Origin: an uncultured bacterium
GTDB lineage: Bacteria > Chloroflexota > UBA5177 > JANWHV01
Direction of reading: 5' to 3'
DNA: 64,000 bases
Assembly (NCBI GenBank): GCA_963729625.1
Contig: CAVSOU010000011.1
Location: forward strand, 576,001 to 640,000
The notes beneath the pieces are model-generated. The model searched no databases, was not told the origin of the DNA, and worked only from the letters and a program-made list of their open reading frames with translations. Below, in pieces: positions 39,078 through 49,528 of this stretch. The position numbers and the translations under genes are program-made. How positions within the stretch are numbered: position 1 is the stretch's first letter; each line of letters begins with the position of its first letter.

Positions 39078-39689
39078 TTCACGACCCTCGACACACATGA
39101 TGGGATCGGCGTCGTTGAGGTGCAGGATCTTTTGACTGGGGACGAGATCGAGGAAACCAAGCACTGCGTCTTCGCTCGCGGGACGAACGTGAAGCACTCG
39201 TACAGCACGACGGCCTACGAGAACCTCGACATCTATCAGCTGAACAGCACGTACTACTGAGCCATCGGCAACGATGACGCGGCGTATCTGCTGGCGCGGG
39301 CCGCGCAGTTCTTCACGCCCGGCATGCAGGTGTACTACGTGGGCTTGCTGGCTGGAGAGAACGATGTCGACTTGGTAGAACGGACGCTGGTCGGGCCAGA
39401 TATCAACCGCCACGCGTACACGCGGGAGGAGATCGAGCGCAGTCTGTCCAGGCCGGTCGTGAAGCAGTTGTTCTCGCTAATGCGCTTCAGGAATAGTTAT
39501 CTGGCGTTCGATGGGACGTGCGATGTGCAGGAGGAAGGCCCGGACGAGAATTTGCAGATCGAATGGCAGCATGGAGTGTCCACCGCAGCGCTGCACGCCG
39601 ATCTCAAGAGGCGCAGCTATGTGATAACGTACTTTGAGCCCGGGCTTGACAGGCGTGTGCAGCTGGCCGATGTGTGGGGTGACAATTGA
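39078..39689 (+). pseudogene. gtfA: Sucrose phosphorylase (GH13_18) 3' remnant with internal stop
   Basis: [26 protein letters not shown] (TGA 39258-39260), QVYYVGLLAGEND, DINRH, RFRN; the 5' half is missing. Confidence 0.85.
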
Positions 39690-40188
39690 CTGGCCAAGCC
39701 CACGTCCAGAGATCCGGGCTGTCCCAATCCGCGTGCACATCGGTGAGCAGGGTCGTAACACGCACGTCACTGCTATGCGGTATCGGGCTGAGCACAGGAA
39801 GCAGGCCCTGAGGCCCCGGACGGACCGCTCCGATCACTATCGCGAAGTCAACAGTCTCCGCATCCACATAAAGGCGGAAGCCGCCTGCCACTGTGGCTGT
39901 CGGTGCGGGCGTGCAACCAGACTGTGCGCCGCCATGTTGCGATCGCGTGTTTCATCTAGCGGCAGTGGCACGACTGTCGTAGCGCCAGCTGTGTTTGCGT
40001 GGACCTGCGACGTACTATTGCGTGCGGACTGTGCGTGCATCTTCGTCGACACGTCGCTGATCGCATGGCGATAATGCGCAGGTAGGGTGGGCTTTCCGCA
40101 CATACGATGCGCCATACGAGATTCCATGCGACGGGCATGCGGATAGTTGCCTCGAGAATATGTCGTGCGAGGTCGGTGGAGGACCGAA

Positions 40189-41322
40189 ATGAAGGATGTG
40201 CTAGGAGTTGGTGTCCTCGGATGCGGCGATATCGCGCAGACCATGTACCTACAGGGCATTAATGCGCTCGAAGATGAAGGCGTTTGCCGGCTGGTGGCAA
40301 TCTGCGATACGGACGCCTCGCGGCTGTCGCAAGCAGCGGCGCGGTTTGCCGGCGCGCGAGCCTACGCAGATTGCGATGGGATGCTTGCCGATCCGAACGT
40401 TCACGTGGTCGTTAATCTGACGCCTAATCAGGCCCATGCCGCCTGCTCGCTGAAAGCGATTGCCTCTGGCAGACATCTCTATACCGAGAAGCCGATCGCG
40501 ACGACGATGGACGACGCAGACCGCGTGATTGACTCCGCCGCCGAACAGGGCATAACGCTGGTGTGCGCGCCGGTGATCCTCCTCCATCCGGAAGTGCGCC
40601 AAGCGGTAGAGTGGGTCAAGAATGGCAGCCTGGGCAAGGTGGCGCTTGCCCGTGCTCGTGCCTCGCACGGTGGGCCCGCACGGCTCTACGATTTCACAAC
40701 TGATCCGACCTGGTTCTACAAGGAAGGGGGCGGACCACTGTTCGACCTAGCGGTATACCCGATCTCGGTATTGTGCGCGATGCTCGGGCCCGTGCGCCAC
40801 GTCTCGGCATTCGCTGGTATCTCTTCACCAGAGCTTACCGTGCGGTCCGGCATTGCGAAAGGAAAGACGATTCATGTCGAAGTCCCGGACAACGTCCCGA
40901 TGATGCTCGATTTCGGCAACGCGACCTTCGCCATTATAGATGCGGCGTTCACCGTACTCTCAGCGAAAGGGCCGCGAATGGAGATCTACGGCGATAAGGG
41001 AACTCTCAATCTCTATTCGCGCCCAGAGGACCCTCCATACGAGCGGTACGTGGACGATCCGGAGAAAGGTGTGCGCGGCTGGCTCCAGCACGAGCTGTCG
41101 TACCGCGGCTCAGCGATTCCATATTTCGGTGCGCCGACGCATACTTCGTGGTCATTCGCCCAGGGCGTGCGGCACCTGATCGAGTGCGTGGTTGGTAACG
41201 CCAAGCCGATCCCAAGCGGCGAGCTGGCCCGCCACGTCCTCGAGATCATTCTGGCTGCCATGGAATCGGCACGCTCCGGTCGTGCAGTGGAACTGCGGAC
41301 GCGCTTTGACTTGGCATGGTGA
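40189..41322 (+). CDS. Gfo/Idh/MocA family oxidoreductase
   Basis: GVLGCGDIA, LTPNQAH, YTEKP, GGGPLFDLAVY. Confidence 0.9.
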   Translation: MKDVLGVGVLGCGDIAQTMYLQGINALEDEGVCRLVAICDTDASRLSQAAARFAGARAYADCDGMLADPNVHVVVNLTPNQAHAACSLKAIASGRHLYTEKPIATTMDDADRVIDSAAEQGITLVCAPVILLHPEVRQAVEWVKNGSLGKVALARARASHGGPARLYDFTTDPTWFYKEGGGPLFDLAVYPISVLCAMLGPVRHVSAFAGISSPELTVRSGIAKGKTIHVEVPDNVPMMLDFGNATFAIIDAAFTVLSAKGPRMEIYGDKGTLNLYSRPEDPPYERYVDDPEKGVRGWLQHELSYRGSAIPYFGAPTHTSWSFAQGVRHLIECVVGNAKPIPSGELARHVLEIILAAMESARSGRAVELRTRFDLAW

Positions 41323-41329
41323 AGCGTGG

Positions 41330-44300
41330 CTACTCACCCAGCATTCTGGGCAGGTCGCCCGCAATGGTCTTCGCGATACGATCGGCTTCCAACCGGGCCC
41401 CCAGCCGCTCGAAGATACCAAGACTCGCTTCAAGACATTGCCGTGCCTTGTGCGGCTCTCCCCGGTCAGCATAGTACAGCGCATACACCTGCAACGTGCG
41501 TGCCTCGACGTGAGCGTACGGCATGCTGCGCGTCAGAGACAGGGCTTCGGACAGCGATCGCTCTGCCTCAACCCAGTTGCGCGAGCGTGTCAAGACAAGT
41601 GCCTGAACCTGCAACGCATGGGCCAGCGCGATCCGATCGTTGCCAGCGCGTGCGGTCGACAGAGCCTTAGCTGCGATGTCTACTGCGCGCCCAATCTCGC
41701 CCACCTCTGCGCTCGCCCAAGCCAAGGTCTTGAGCAGGATCGGATCCTCCAGCTCCTCCAGGCCCGGCCGCTCCAGCAGCGGGACCAGCCGCGCGTACGC
41801 CGCCTGACTGTTTCCCGAAATCAGATCGCGCTCAGCAAGCATCCACTGTGCCATATGCAGCAAGGCGAGATCATCGCTAGTCGCCGCTACGGCCCAGCAC
41901 TCGTCCAAGTAGCGTGACGCCTCTTCAGACCGTCCTTCAAGTGCGCAAAGGAGTCCGAGCGAGGCGAGGGGTGCAGTGAACCCCCATGACACGCCGATGT
42001 GCCGGTTGATAGCTACTGCTCTCTCAAAATCCGTGCGTGCTTGGGGCCAGTCGCCGCAAAACAGCGCAATGCATCCACGATTGCGCACGGCGTAAGCGAT
42101 TTGCACGGGGTCGCCTAGCTTGTCGGCAACCGCAAGGGCACGATCCGTACTCACCCTGGCTCGATACACGTCGCCTAGATACATACACACTACAGCCTGG
42201 CTACTGAGAGCGCGACTCAGCGTGTCAACGTCGTTCACGTCCTCGGCTAGGCGGCCTGCGTCCTCAAGTACCGGCAGCGCCTCTTCGAGGCGGTCCATCA
42301 TCCAGAGCGCGTACCCTCTGCTAGCCAACGCCCTGGCTAGAACCACCTTGTCATGCACAGCGCGCGCGAGAGCGGCCGCCCGGTCCGCCGCTACTAGCTG
42401 TTCTTTGTATTGACCGCTCCCATATAACAGCCGCGCAAGGGCCACATAGAGCGCTGCTAGGCCCCGCGAGGGCTCGCTGGCTTCAAGCAAATGCAGCAGC
42501 GGTTTCAACCGCAGGACTCCCTCCTCTGGGTACCCGCGCTCTGCATGCACCCAGCCGATTTGCGCCGCTACGCGCCGCATGCCCTCTATGCCTCCTGCCC
42601 TACGATAGCTGTCTTCGGCCTCCCCGAGCACGTGCAACGCTGCCGTATACTGCGCAACAGTAGAAAGCACTGCGCCGAGCTTCTCCCTCACGCGCGCTGC
42701 ATCGAGGGGCCGATTCATCGCGTCCAGCCGATGCACTAGTTCCCGGAAGTGGGCTTCTGCCGTACCGTTGGCACCCTGTGACTGTGCATGGTCACCGGCG
42801 CGCTCAAGATAAAGCGCTGCTTCAGCATGAGCGTCACTGCTCATGAAGTGATATGCCAATAGCTCAGAGGACGGCCGAATCTGGCTCCGCGCCAGGATTT
42901 CAGCCAAACGCTGGTGCAGGACCTTCTGCCGCGCCACACCGAGATCGGCCTCGACAACCTCGCGGATGACGTCATGTGCAAACTCGCATCCATCCTCCCC
43001 AGCGTATTTGAGCAAGCGTGCGTGCTGTGCTGCATCCAGAGCATTTACGACGTCTTCCTGTGGTCGGTTCACCATGGCAAAGAGCAGTTCATATGGCACC
43101 GTTCGCCCCACCGTCGCCGCCACAGCGAGCACCTCGCGTCCCGTTGCTGACAGTGCAGCAACACGCTGACGGATGCTCTGACGTAGGTCCCATGGCACAC
43201 TTTCTTCGCCATGTCCATTGGCCGTGCTCATTTGCAGGTTTTGCGCATAACTCACGAGGAAGAACGGAATGCCTCCGGACCGACCCAGTACACTGTTGCG
43301 GAGCTTTCGTTGCTGTTCCGGCAAGCCACGCACCAGGTGGTCCAACAGCTGACCAGCCGCCGCACCATCCAGAGGCAGCACGGCAGTGTGTGCGGCCAAC
43401 CCGGCCTGTGCTAGCTCGCCAAGAGTGTTCCAAAGCGGATCGCTGTCATGCACCTCAGTGTCACGATACGTCCCGATCACTCGTAGAGGAATCTCGGGCG
43501 CAGAGCGGGCCAGTGCCCCGAGCAACGCGAGCGCATCCAGTCCCGCCCACTGCAGATCATCCAGAAGCAGAAGGGCGCCGGTCGCCCCTGCAATATTGGA
43601 CAGAAATCGTGCTACCGCTGCGAACAGCAAACGGCGCACCTGCTCGGATGGCAGCGAATCGGTCGTGTACGGAGCGGTGTCGAAAACCCCATCCGCTAGC
43701 TCGGGCAGCAACTGCCAAAGCCAGAAGCACCCACATAGATCCGCACGTAGTTTGGTTGGATTCTGGCAGCGGATGTAGGACTCAAGTGCTTCCAAGACTG
43801 GCGCGTACGGTCCTTGACCCCCAGGGCGTTGACATCCACCCCGAAGTACCCGCATATTTCGACGCGTCGCTAAGTGTGCCACCTCGTCTAGCAGACGCGT
43901 CTTTCCAATACCTGGTTCCCCTGCAAGGAGAAGGATAGGTGGGCCCTCCCCTCGAACGTGGTGCTCCAGCCGAGCCATCTCGTATGTACGCCCAACCAAC
44001 GGGAGAGCGCTGAAGCTGGGTCGCAGCCCAGAGGACGCCTCCGGCACTCGTGCCACCGACTCTCCGTAGCCCTGGACAGCGACCTTGGTTGTCGAGCGTG
44101 ATGAAGGGGACTGACGCCTTGGGCGCTGCGCCGCGTCCTCGAGAGCTAGGCGATCCAACCCGGGTATTGGAAGCGCCGTGGCAAGACGAGCAACCGTGCT
44201 CTTCTGGGGAACGCTCCGACGTCCGCACTCGAGATCGCTAATACCGCGTGCGCTCATTCCGGACCGTTCGGCAAGCTCCTGCTGCGTTAGGCGAGAAGCG

Positions 44301-44371
44301 ATCCGGTATCGCTTCAGCAAGTCTCCGAACGCGGGGGAAGAATTGGGACCAGTGTCTAGTCGGATCTCCAT
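41330..44371 (-). CDS. XRE HTH + AAA_16 ATPase + TPR transcriptional regulator
   Basis: LTQQELAERSGMSARGISDLECG (HTH), GEPGIGKTRL, LLDDLQWA, GGIPFF, FAHDVIRE, C-terminal TPR array. Confidence 0.9.
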   Translation of the reverse strand: MEIRLDTGPNSSPAFGDLLKRYRIASRLTQQELAERSGMSARGISDLECGRRSVPQKSTVARLATALPIPGLDRLALEDAAQRPRRQSPSSRSTTKVAVQGYGESVARVPEASSGLRPSFSALPLVGRTYEMARLEHHVRGEGPPILLLAGEPGIGKTRLLDEVAHLATRRNMRVLRGGCQRPGGQGPYAPVLEALESYIRCQNPTKLRADLCGCFWLWQLLPELADGVFDTAPYTTDSLPSEQVRRLLFAAVARFLSNIAGATGALLLLDDLQWAGLDALALLGALARSAPEIPLRVIGTYRDTEVHDSDPLWNTLGELAQAGLAAHTAVLPLDGAAAGQLLDHLVRGLPEQQRKLRNSVLGRSGGIPFFLVSYAQNLQMSTANGHGEESVPWDLRQSIRQRVAALSATGREVLAVAATVGRTVPYELLFAMVNRPQEDVVNALDAAQHARLLKYAGEDGCEFAHDVIREVVEADLGVARQKVLHQRLAEILARSQIRPSSELLAYHFMSSDAHAEAALYLERAGDHAQSQGANGTAEAHFRELVHRLDAMNRPLDAARVREKLGAVLSTVAQYTAALHVLGEAEDSYRRAGGIEGMRRVAAQIGWVHAERGYPEEGVLRLKPLLHLLEASEPSRGLAALYVALARLLYGSGQYKEQLVAADRAAALARAVHDKVVLARALASRGYALWMMDRLEEALPVLEDAGRLAEDVNDVDTLSRALSSQAVVCMYLGDVYRARVSTDRALAVADKLGDPVQIAYAVRNRGCIALFCGDWPQARTDFERAVAINRHIGVSWGFTAPLASLGLLCALEGRSEEASRYLDECWAVAATSDDLALLHMAQWMLAERDLISGNSQAAYARLVPLLERPGLEELEDPILLKTLAWASAEVGEIGRAVDIAAKALSTARAGNDRIALAHALQVQALVLTRSRNWVEAERSLSEALSLTRSMPYAHVEARTLQVYALYYADRGEPHKARQCLEASLGIFERLGARLEADRIAKTIAGDLPRMLGE

Positions 44372-44827
44372 TATTCGTGCTGCCGACTGCCTGCGTTATC
44401 CTGGTCAGAACGACTAAGCCACACGCCGTCGCTTGTCGGATCATACCATGCGAATCGCGCAACTCGTGTTTGCGTGCATCCGCCTCGTGCAATTGCGTGG
44501 GGCAAGTGCGTGTATCTTCGTCGACCTACCGCACTCAGCGCAGCGATAATTGGGTGATAGGCTGGACTGTCCACGGCTGCATGCTGGCATCCGACATGCT
44601 GCAATCGGACGGGACAGCATTCGAGGCCATCACTAGAATGAGCAGAGGAGGTGTATCACAGCCACAGTTCGGCTAGGTCAGCACAGACAACGCTGTAGAG
44701 ACAGCCTTCTAAGGCAGTAATCGCAATCTTGAGGAGGCCCTTGACCGTGGAGCACAATGAGCGCATCACATCGTCGTCTTCCCTGATTCCGTCGCACGGG
44801 CCCGAAGAGCTAACCGGCGACAACGAC

Positions 44828-46174
44828 ATGACTTCTTCCACCTCAATCAGCCGGCGCGCGCTCTTGACCACCGGCGCCAAGGTTGCCGCTGGGCTGGCAG
44901 GTGGAGGCGTAGCATTGGCCGCCATGCCGCCCTCGGTGCTCGCGGACCGAGATCGCATGCGTAGCATCGCTGTCCTCCGCAAGCCGGCGGTAACACTGAA
45001 TTTCACGTTCTTCGGCAACGTTGGCGAGGGTGGAACCTGGGAGCAACTCGCGAAAATGTTCCACGCGCAGAATCCGAACATCACCGTGAAAGTTGTCCCG
45101 GTTCCTGCCACGGCGTGGAGCGAGTACTTTCAGAAGGTCTTGACCATGATCGCCGGCGGAAACTCGCCGGATATCTGCCGCATCGCCACGGAAGGGGCCA
45201 AGCTCTTCGCGGCGAAAGATCTTGCGTTGCCGCTGGATGACTTCATCAAGCGCGACGCCAAAGTGATGGACGACTACCTCAGCGATGTGAGTCCGAAGCT
45301 GACCGAAACGTTCAAGTACAACGGCAAGACGTTGGCACTGCCATTCGAGTGGAACGACTGGCTGATCACCTACAATACTAAGGTCTTTCGGCAGGCCGGT
45401 GTCGCCGCCCCCAAGGCCAACTGGACTAGCGATGATTTTCTTGCCGCCGCAAAGAAGATCACCAAAGGTAGTGTCTACGGCTGCAATCTGTGGCAAGCCC
45501 CTGGCACGTTCTATATTTCGGGCTGGCTGACCGCTGCGGGCGGGGGGCTGCTAAACAAGGATTGGACTAAGTCCAACGCTACGAACCCGGTTAACATCAA
45601 GGCGATGCAGTTCGTACAGGATCTGGTCTGGAAAAATAAGGTCGCGCCGCGCCCCGGCTCACCGGACTTCCCGCTGCTGGAGGCCGGAAGGGTCGGCATG
45701 ATTACAGCCGGCCGCTGGGCAGTGAACACCTTCATTCTGGCGAAATGGAATGACTACAACGTGCAGCTCGCGCCGATCCTCGGGCCCGGGCGCAAAACGA
45801 CGTTCGGCGTGGGTGCCCACCCCATCCTGAAGAATGCCAAGTATCCCGAGGAGGCGTGGACCTTCCTGAAGTACCTCTCGACACGGCCCGCCATGGCCTA
45901 CACGACGAAGAATGGGTACAGCAATCCGTCCCGCCGCTCAGTGGCGAACGACCCCAGCCTGATGGTCCCGCCCGGCAACCCTGGCGAGAATTGGCGTGCC
46001 TATTACGGTGCGCTGGATTCGGCCGAGTCTCTCCCGGCCCCAGCACAGTTCAATGAGATGGAGTCGGCACTCATCGCCGCATACACCAAGATGATCGCGA
46101 ATGAGACGACCCCAGCCCAGATGCTGCAGAGCCTCGATTCGCAGATCAACACTATCCTGGCAAAGCCGGTCTAG
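44828..46174 (+). CDS. Sugar ABC transporter substrate-binding protein, Tat-exported
   Basis: SRRALL twin-arginine signal; GNSPDI, LALP, YNTKVFRQAGV, WTSDDF, EEAWTFLKYL. Confidence 0.9.
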   Translation: MTSSTSISRRALLTTGAKVAAGLAGGGVALAAMPPSVLADRDRMRSIAVLRKPAVTLNFTFFGNVGEGGTWEQLAKMFHAQNPNITVKVVPVPATAWSEYFQKVLTMIAGGNSPDICRIATEGAKLFAAKDLALPLDDFIKRDAKVMDDYLSDVSPKLTETFKYNGKTLALPFEWNDWLITYNTKVFRQAGVAAPKANWTSDDFLAAAKKITKGSVYGCNLWQAPGTFYISGWLTAAGGGLLNKDWTKSNATNPVNIKAMQFVQDLVWKNKVAPRPGSPDFPLLEAGRVGMITAGRWAVNTFILAKWNDYNVQLAPILGPGRKTTFGVGAHPILKNAKYPEEAWTFLKYLSTRPAMAYTTKNGYSNPSRRSVANDPSLMVPPGNPGENWRAYYGALDSAESLPAPAQFNEMESALIAAYTKMIANETTPAQMLQSLDSQINTILAKPV

Positions 46175-46319
46175 CCGTCCGGCGCCATCGGTTATCGGTG
46201 CCATAGGCAACACTCGCAAGCGTCGCTACGCAAAACCTGCTTGAGGCGGCGAACTCTGATGCTGCAAGCGAGGTGGCGAGTGTTGCCTATGGCGGGGTCA
46301 ATCGAGGTCAGGCAGGGGT

Positions 46320-47270
46320 GTGGGAGGAAGAGCTGTGGGGTCCGACGTTCACGCACACCAGATTAGACCCGTTGGTGCTCCCAATGGCAGCCGTCGAGGG
46401 TGGCGAGCGTCGATCCGGCCTTATCTCTTCATTGTGCCCAGCGCGCTGCTCTTCCTGGCGTTCGTGGCCGGCCCCATGGTAGCCAGTTTTGTGATCTCGT
46501 TCTTCAGCTGGGACGGCATGTCGGCGGCTCATTTTGTCGGATTAGATAACTACGCGACTTTCCGCGGCGATGCACTGCTCCATACTGTGCTGGTCAACAC
46601 CTTTGTCTTCGTGATCGGCTCCGTTGCACTGAAAATGGTGCTGGCACTCCTGTCGGCTGTGCTAATCAACCGCTACGTGCCCCGGATTCTGCGTGCAGCA
46701 TTCCGAGCAGTCGTGTTCTTCCCAGTGATCATTTCCGGAGTGGCGATTGGCCTGATCTGGCTCTGGCTGATGAATACCAGCCTGGGGATCATCAATTACG
46801 TGCTCGGCATGGCTGGTGTGCCCGGTGTTGCGTGGTTGGACTCAAGCGACCATGCCCTCGGTTCCCTCATCCTGGTGGACGTATGGCGCAGTGTAGGATT
46901 CTCCTTCGTGATCTTTACTGCTGGACTGCAGGGTATTCCAGCCCAGCTGTATGAAGCGGCTGCAATTGACGGGGCTAATGGCTGGCAGCAGTTTCGCACC
47001 GTCACACTGCCCCTGTTGTCGCCCACAACGTTCTTCCTGTTGGTGATTAATCTGATTGGTGCATTTCAGTTCTTCGATCTCTCCTACGTGATGACGCACG
47101 CAGGACCGGGAGACGCCACGCGCACCATTGTGTACTACATCTACGACACTGCCTTTCAGTATTTCCGGTTCGGCTACGGCTCGGCGGTTGCCATGCTACT
47201 CTTCGCGATCCTCATCGTGTTGACATTCCTCCAAGTGGGAATGAGTCGCCGCTGGGTGTTTTACCATTAG
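46320..47270 (+). CDS. Carbohydrate ABC permease (MalF-like)
   Basis: FVGLDNY, EAA motif GIPAQLYEAAAIDGA, TLPLLSPT, GYGSA. Confidence 0.92.
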   Translation: MGGRAVGSDVHAHQIRPVGAPNGSRRGWRASIRPYLFIVPSALLFLAFVAGPMVASFVISFFSWDGMSAAHFVGLDNYATFRGDALLHTVLVNTFVFVIGSVALKMVLALLSAVLINRYVPRILRAAFRAVVFFPVIISGVAIGLIWLWLMNTSLGIINYVLGMAGVPGVAWLDSSDHALGSLILVDVWRSVGFSFVIFTAGLQGIPAQLYEAAAIDGANGWQQFRTVTLPLLSPTTFFLLVINLIGAFQFFDLSYVMTHAGPGDATRTIVYYIYDTAFQYFRFGYGSAVAMLLFAILIVLTFLQVGMSRRWVFYH

Positions 47271-47314
47271 AAAGCCGCGACACGCGTTCGCGCCCGTGCT
47301 GGGGGACAATTCCG

Positions 47315-48202
47315 ATGAGCACCTCTGTTCCCGGTGGCCACACCGCGCACCGATGGGGTACCTCGAGCGCCGCCGCAGCTCTTCGCCTGCTGCGTGCCGC
47401 TCCGGTGTACCTGGTATTGGCGCTGATTATTGCGCTTATCGTGGCACCCTTCCTGTGGATGGTGTCTAGCGCGTTCAAGGACCAGACGGCGATCTATGCA
47501 AGCCCGCCGGAATGGATCCCTTCAGCGCCGACCACGGTAAATTTCTTCGACGCTTGGACACAAGTTCCGTTTGGCTGGTTCTTGACCAACAGCTTGAAAG
47601 TGGCCACATCGATCACCGTCGGGCAGTTGATTACCTGCTCCCTGGCGGCCTATGCCTTCGCACGCCTACGCTTTCCCGGAAGGGAGATCATCTTCGGCAT
47701 CTACTTGTCGTCGCTGATGGTGCCTAGCCAGGTGACCATCATTCCTCAATTCATCCTGATGCGTCACCTAGGCTTGATCGATAACCATGCGTCACTGATA
47801 CTCCCGGGACTTGCGAGCGCCTTCGGCACGTTCCTGCTGCGCCAGTTCTTCATGACCGTGCCGAGAGAGCTGGAAGAGGCGGCAATCATAGACGGCTGCG
47901 GACTGCTGGGCGTGTTGCTGTATGTAATTCTGCCTCTCTCTGTATCGGCGCTGGCGGCTTTAGCGATATTTACGTTCAATGGTGCCTGGAACGACTTCTT
48001 CAATCCCCTGATCTTTCTAAGCTCGCCTCAGAACCTTACGCTTCCAGCCGGCCTGGCGTTGCTGCAGGGGCAGTTCTCAGCGACCAGCCCTGCGATCATG
48101 CTGGCGGGCGTTTGTATGGCTGTCCTCCCCGTGCTGTTTGTATTCATGATCGGCCAGCGCTACATCGTGGAAGGAATCACTATGACAGGACTCAAAGGCT
48201 GA
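47315..48202 (+). CDS. Carbohydrate ABC permease (MalG-like)
   Basis: AAYAFARLRFPG, VPRELEEAAIIDG, WNDFF, QRYIVEGI. Confidence 0.92.
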   Translation: MSTSVPGGHTAHRWGTSSAAAALRLLRAAPVYLVLALIIALIVAPFLWMVSSAFKDQTAIYASPPEWIPSAPTTVNFFDAWTQVPFGWFLTNSLKVATSITVGQLITCSLAAYAFARLRFPGREIIFGIYLSSLMVPSQVTIIPQFILMRHLGLIDNHASLILPGLASAFGTFLLRQFFMTVPRELEEAAIIDGCGLLGVLLYVILPLSVSALAALAIFTFNGAWNDFFNPLIFLSSPQNLTLPAGLALLQGQFSATSPAIMLAGVCMAVLPVLFVFMIGQRYIVEGITMTGLKG

Positions 48203-48357
48203 AGGAGCTGGCCGGCGGCCTGCTTGACGCCTGAACCCGGCACGGGGATGCCGAGAGATCGCGCAGTCAGTCAAATCCGGCGCCTAGCGGAGGTTCTTCG
48301 GCTTAGGCTGCCCTGCACCTGAGTCGACCGAGGAAGCAGGAATCTGGTGAGGCATAG

Positions 48358-49308
48358 ATGACGTACATGGCAGCACAAACGCTACCGCTCCAGGCCATTG
48401 GTCGCGATGGACAGTTGGTGTCGCGGATTGCACTTGGATGCATGGGCCTCTCTGGAACGCAGAATCCTGCGGGTATCACGCAGGGCCTCAGACGCAACGC
48501 CATCTTGGCCTTTGAAGCGGCGTTGGATGCTGGCATCACCTTCTTTGATCATGCGGATATCTACGGTGGCGGCAGTTGCGAGGAGGTATTCAAGGAATGC
48601 TTGGCTGCTGTTCCAGGGTCCCGACAGCGTATTGTCATAGCCACCAAGGGCGGCATTCGCTCCGGCTATTACGACCTTAGTGCTCCTTGCATTACGTCAT
48701 GCGTAGAGCAGTCGCTTACTCGCATGGGCATCGACTACATCGACCTATACCAGCTTCATCGGCCGGACCCGCTCACGCACCCGGGCGAGGCCGCCGGTGC
48801 CTTAAACGATCTGTTACGCCGCGCACTCATTCGGTCCGTGGGTGTGAGCAATTACTATCCTGAGCAGGTGCGTGCACTTCAGGGTTTCCTCGACGTACCC
48901 TTATGCAGCAATCAGATCGAGATCAGCCTCCTCCGCCTGGATCCCCTCTACGAGGGTGTGGATGGCGGCGATGGCACCCTCGACTATTGTATGGCGACGG
49001 GCATGACACCATTGGCGTGGAGCCCACTGGGGGGCGGCGCGCTGATGGGGGGCACCAGGCGTGAAGCCGACCAGTCACGTGTCGAGCGCGTTCGCGCTGC
49101 GCTTACCGCGCTCGCACCGACCTACGACGCTACACCAGCTCAACTGGCATTGGCGTGGCTGTTGGCCCATCCCTCCGGCATTCTGCCCCTCGTGGGTAGT
49201 ACCAGTCCTCGCCATATCGGCGAGGCAGCTGGAGCGGCCAAACTCGTTCTGACCCGCGAGGACTGGTATCGCCTGTGGATCGCTGCACGGGGGCGTGAGG
49301 TGCCATAG
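48358..49308 (+). CDS. Aldo/keto reductase (YdhF-like)
   Basis: FDHADIYGGG, ATKGG, DYIDLYQLHRPD, GVSNY, NQIE, AWSPLGGG. Confidence 0.92.
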   Translation: MTYMAAQTLPLQAIGRDGQLVSRIALGCMGLSGTQNPAGITQGLRRNAILAFEAALDAGITFFDHADIYGGGSCEEVFKECLAAVPGSRQRIVIATKGGIRSGYYDLSAPCITSCVEQSLTRMGIDYIDLYQLHRPDPLTHPGEAAGALNDLLRRALIRSVGVSNYYPEQVRALQGFLDVPLCSNQIEISLLRLDPLYEGVDGGDGTLDYCMATGMTPLAWSPLGGGALMGGTRREADQSRVERVRAALTALAPTYDATPAQLALAWLLAHPSGILPLVGSTSPRHIGEAAGAAKLVLTREDWYRLWIAARGREVP

Positions 49309-49528
49309 AGAGGATCGGCGTGTGAAGAAGGCGCGCACCGACACCAGCAATCGTTACATGCACCGGCATCCTGTTTGTCGACAGACTATGTGACGAGACG
49401 CGACTTCTCTGGCGTGGCGACATAGCTGTCGACTCCGTGATCGTGTCACACGTGAGCGGTGTCTGTTTGGACTACTGATTCGCAGGGTACTGGGGTGATT
49501 CGAGGAAGTGTCTCATAAGAGGTTATCC

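Noticed and set aside
38526-39413. 295-aa minus ORF and 219-aa plus ORF as real genes
   Set aside because: Each is a chimera of one real fragment and the antisense of the other across the deletion junction.
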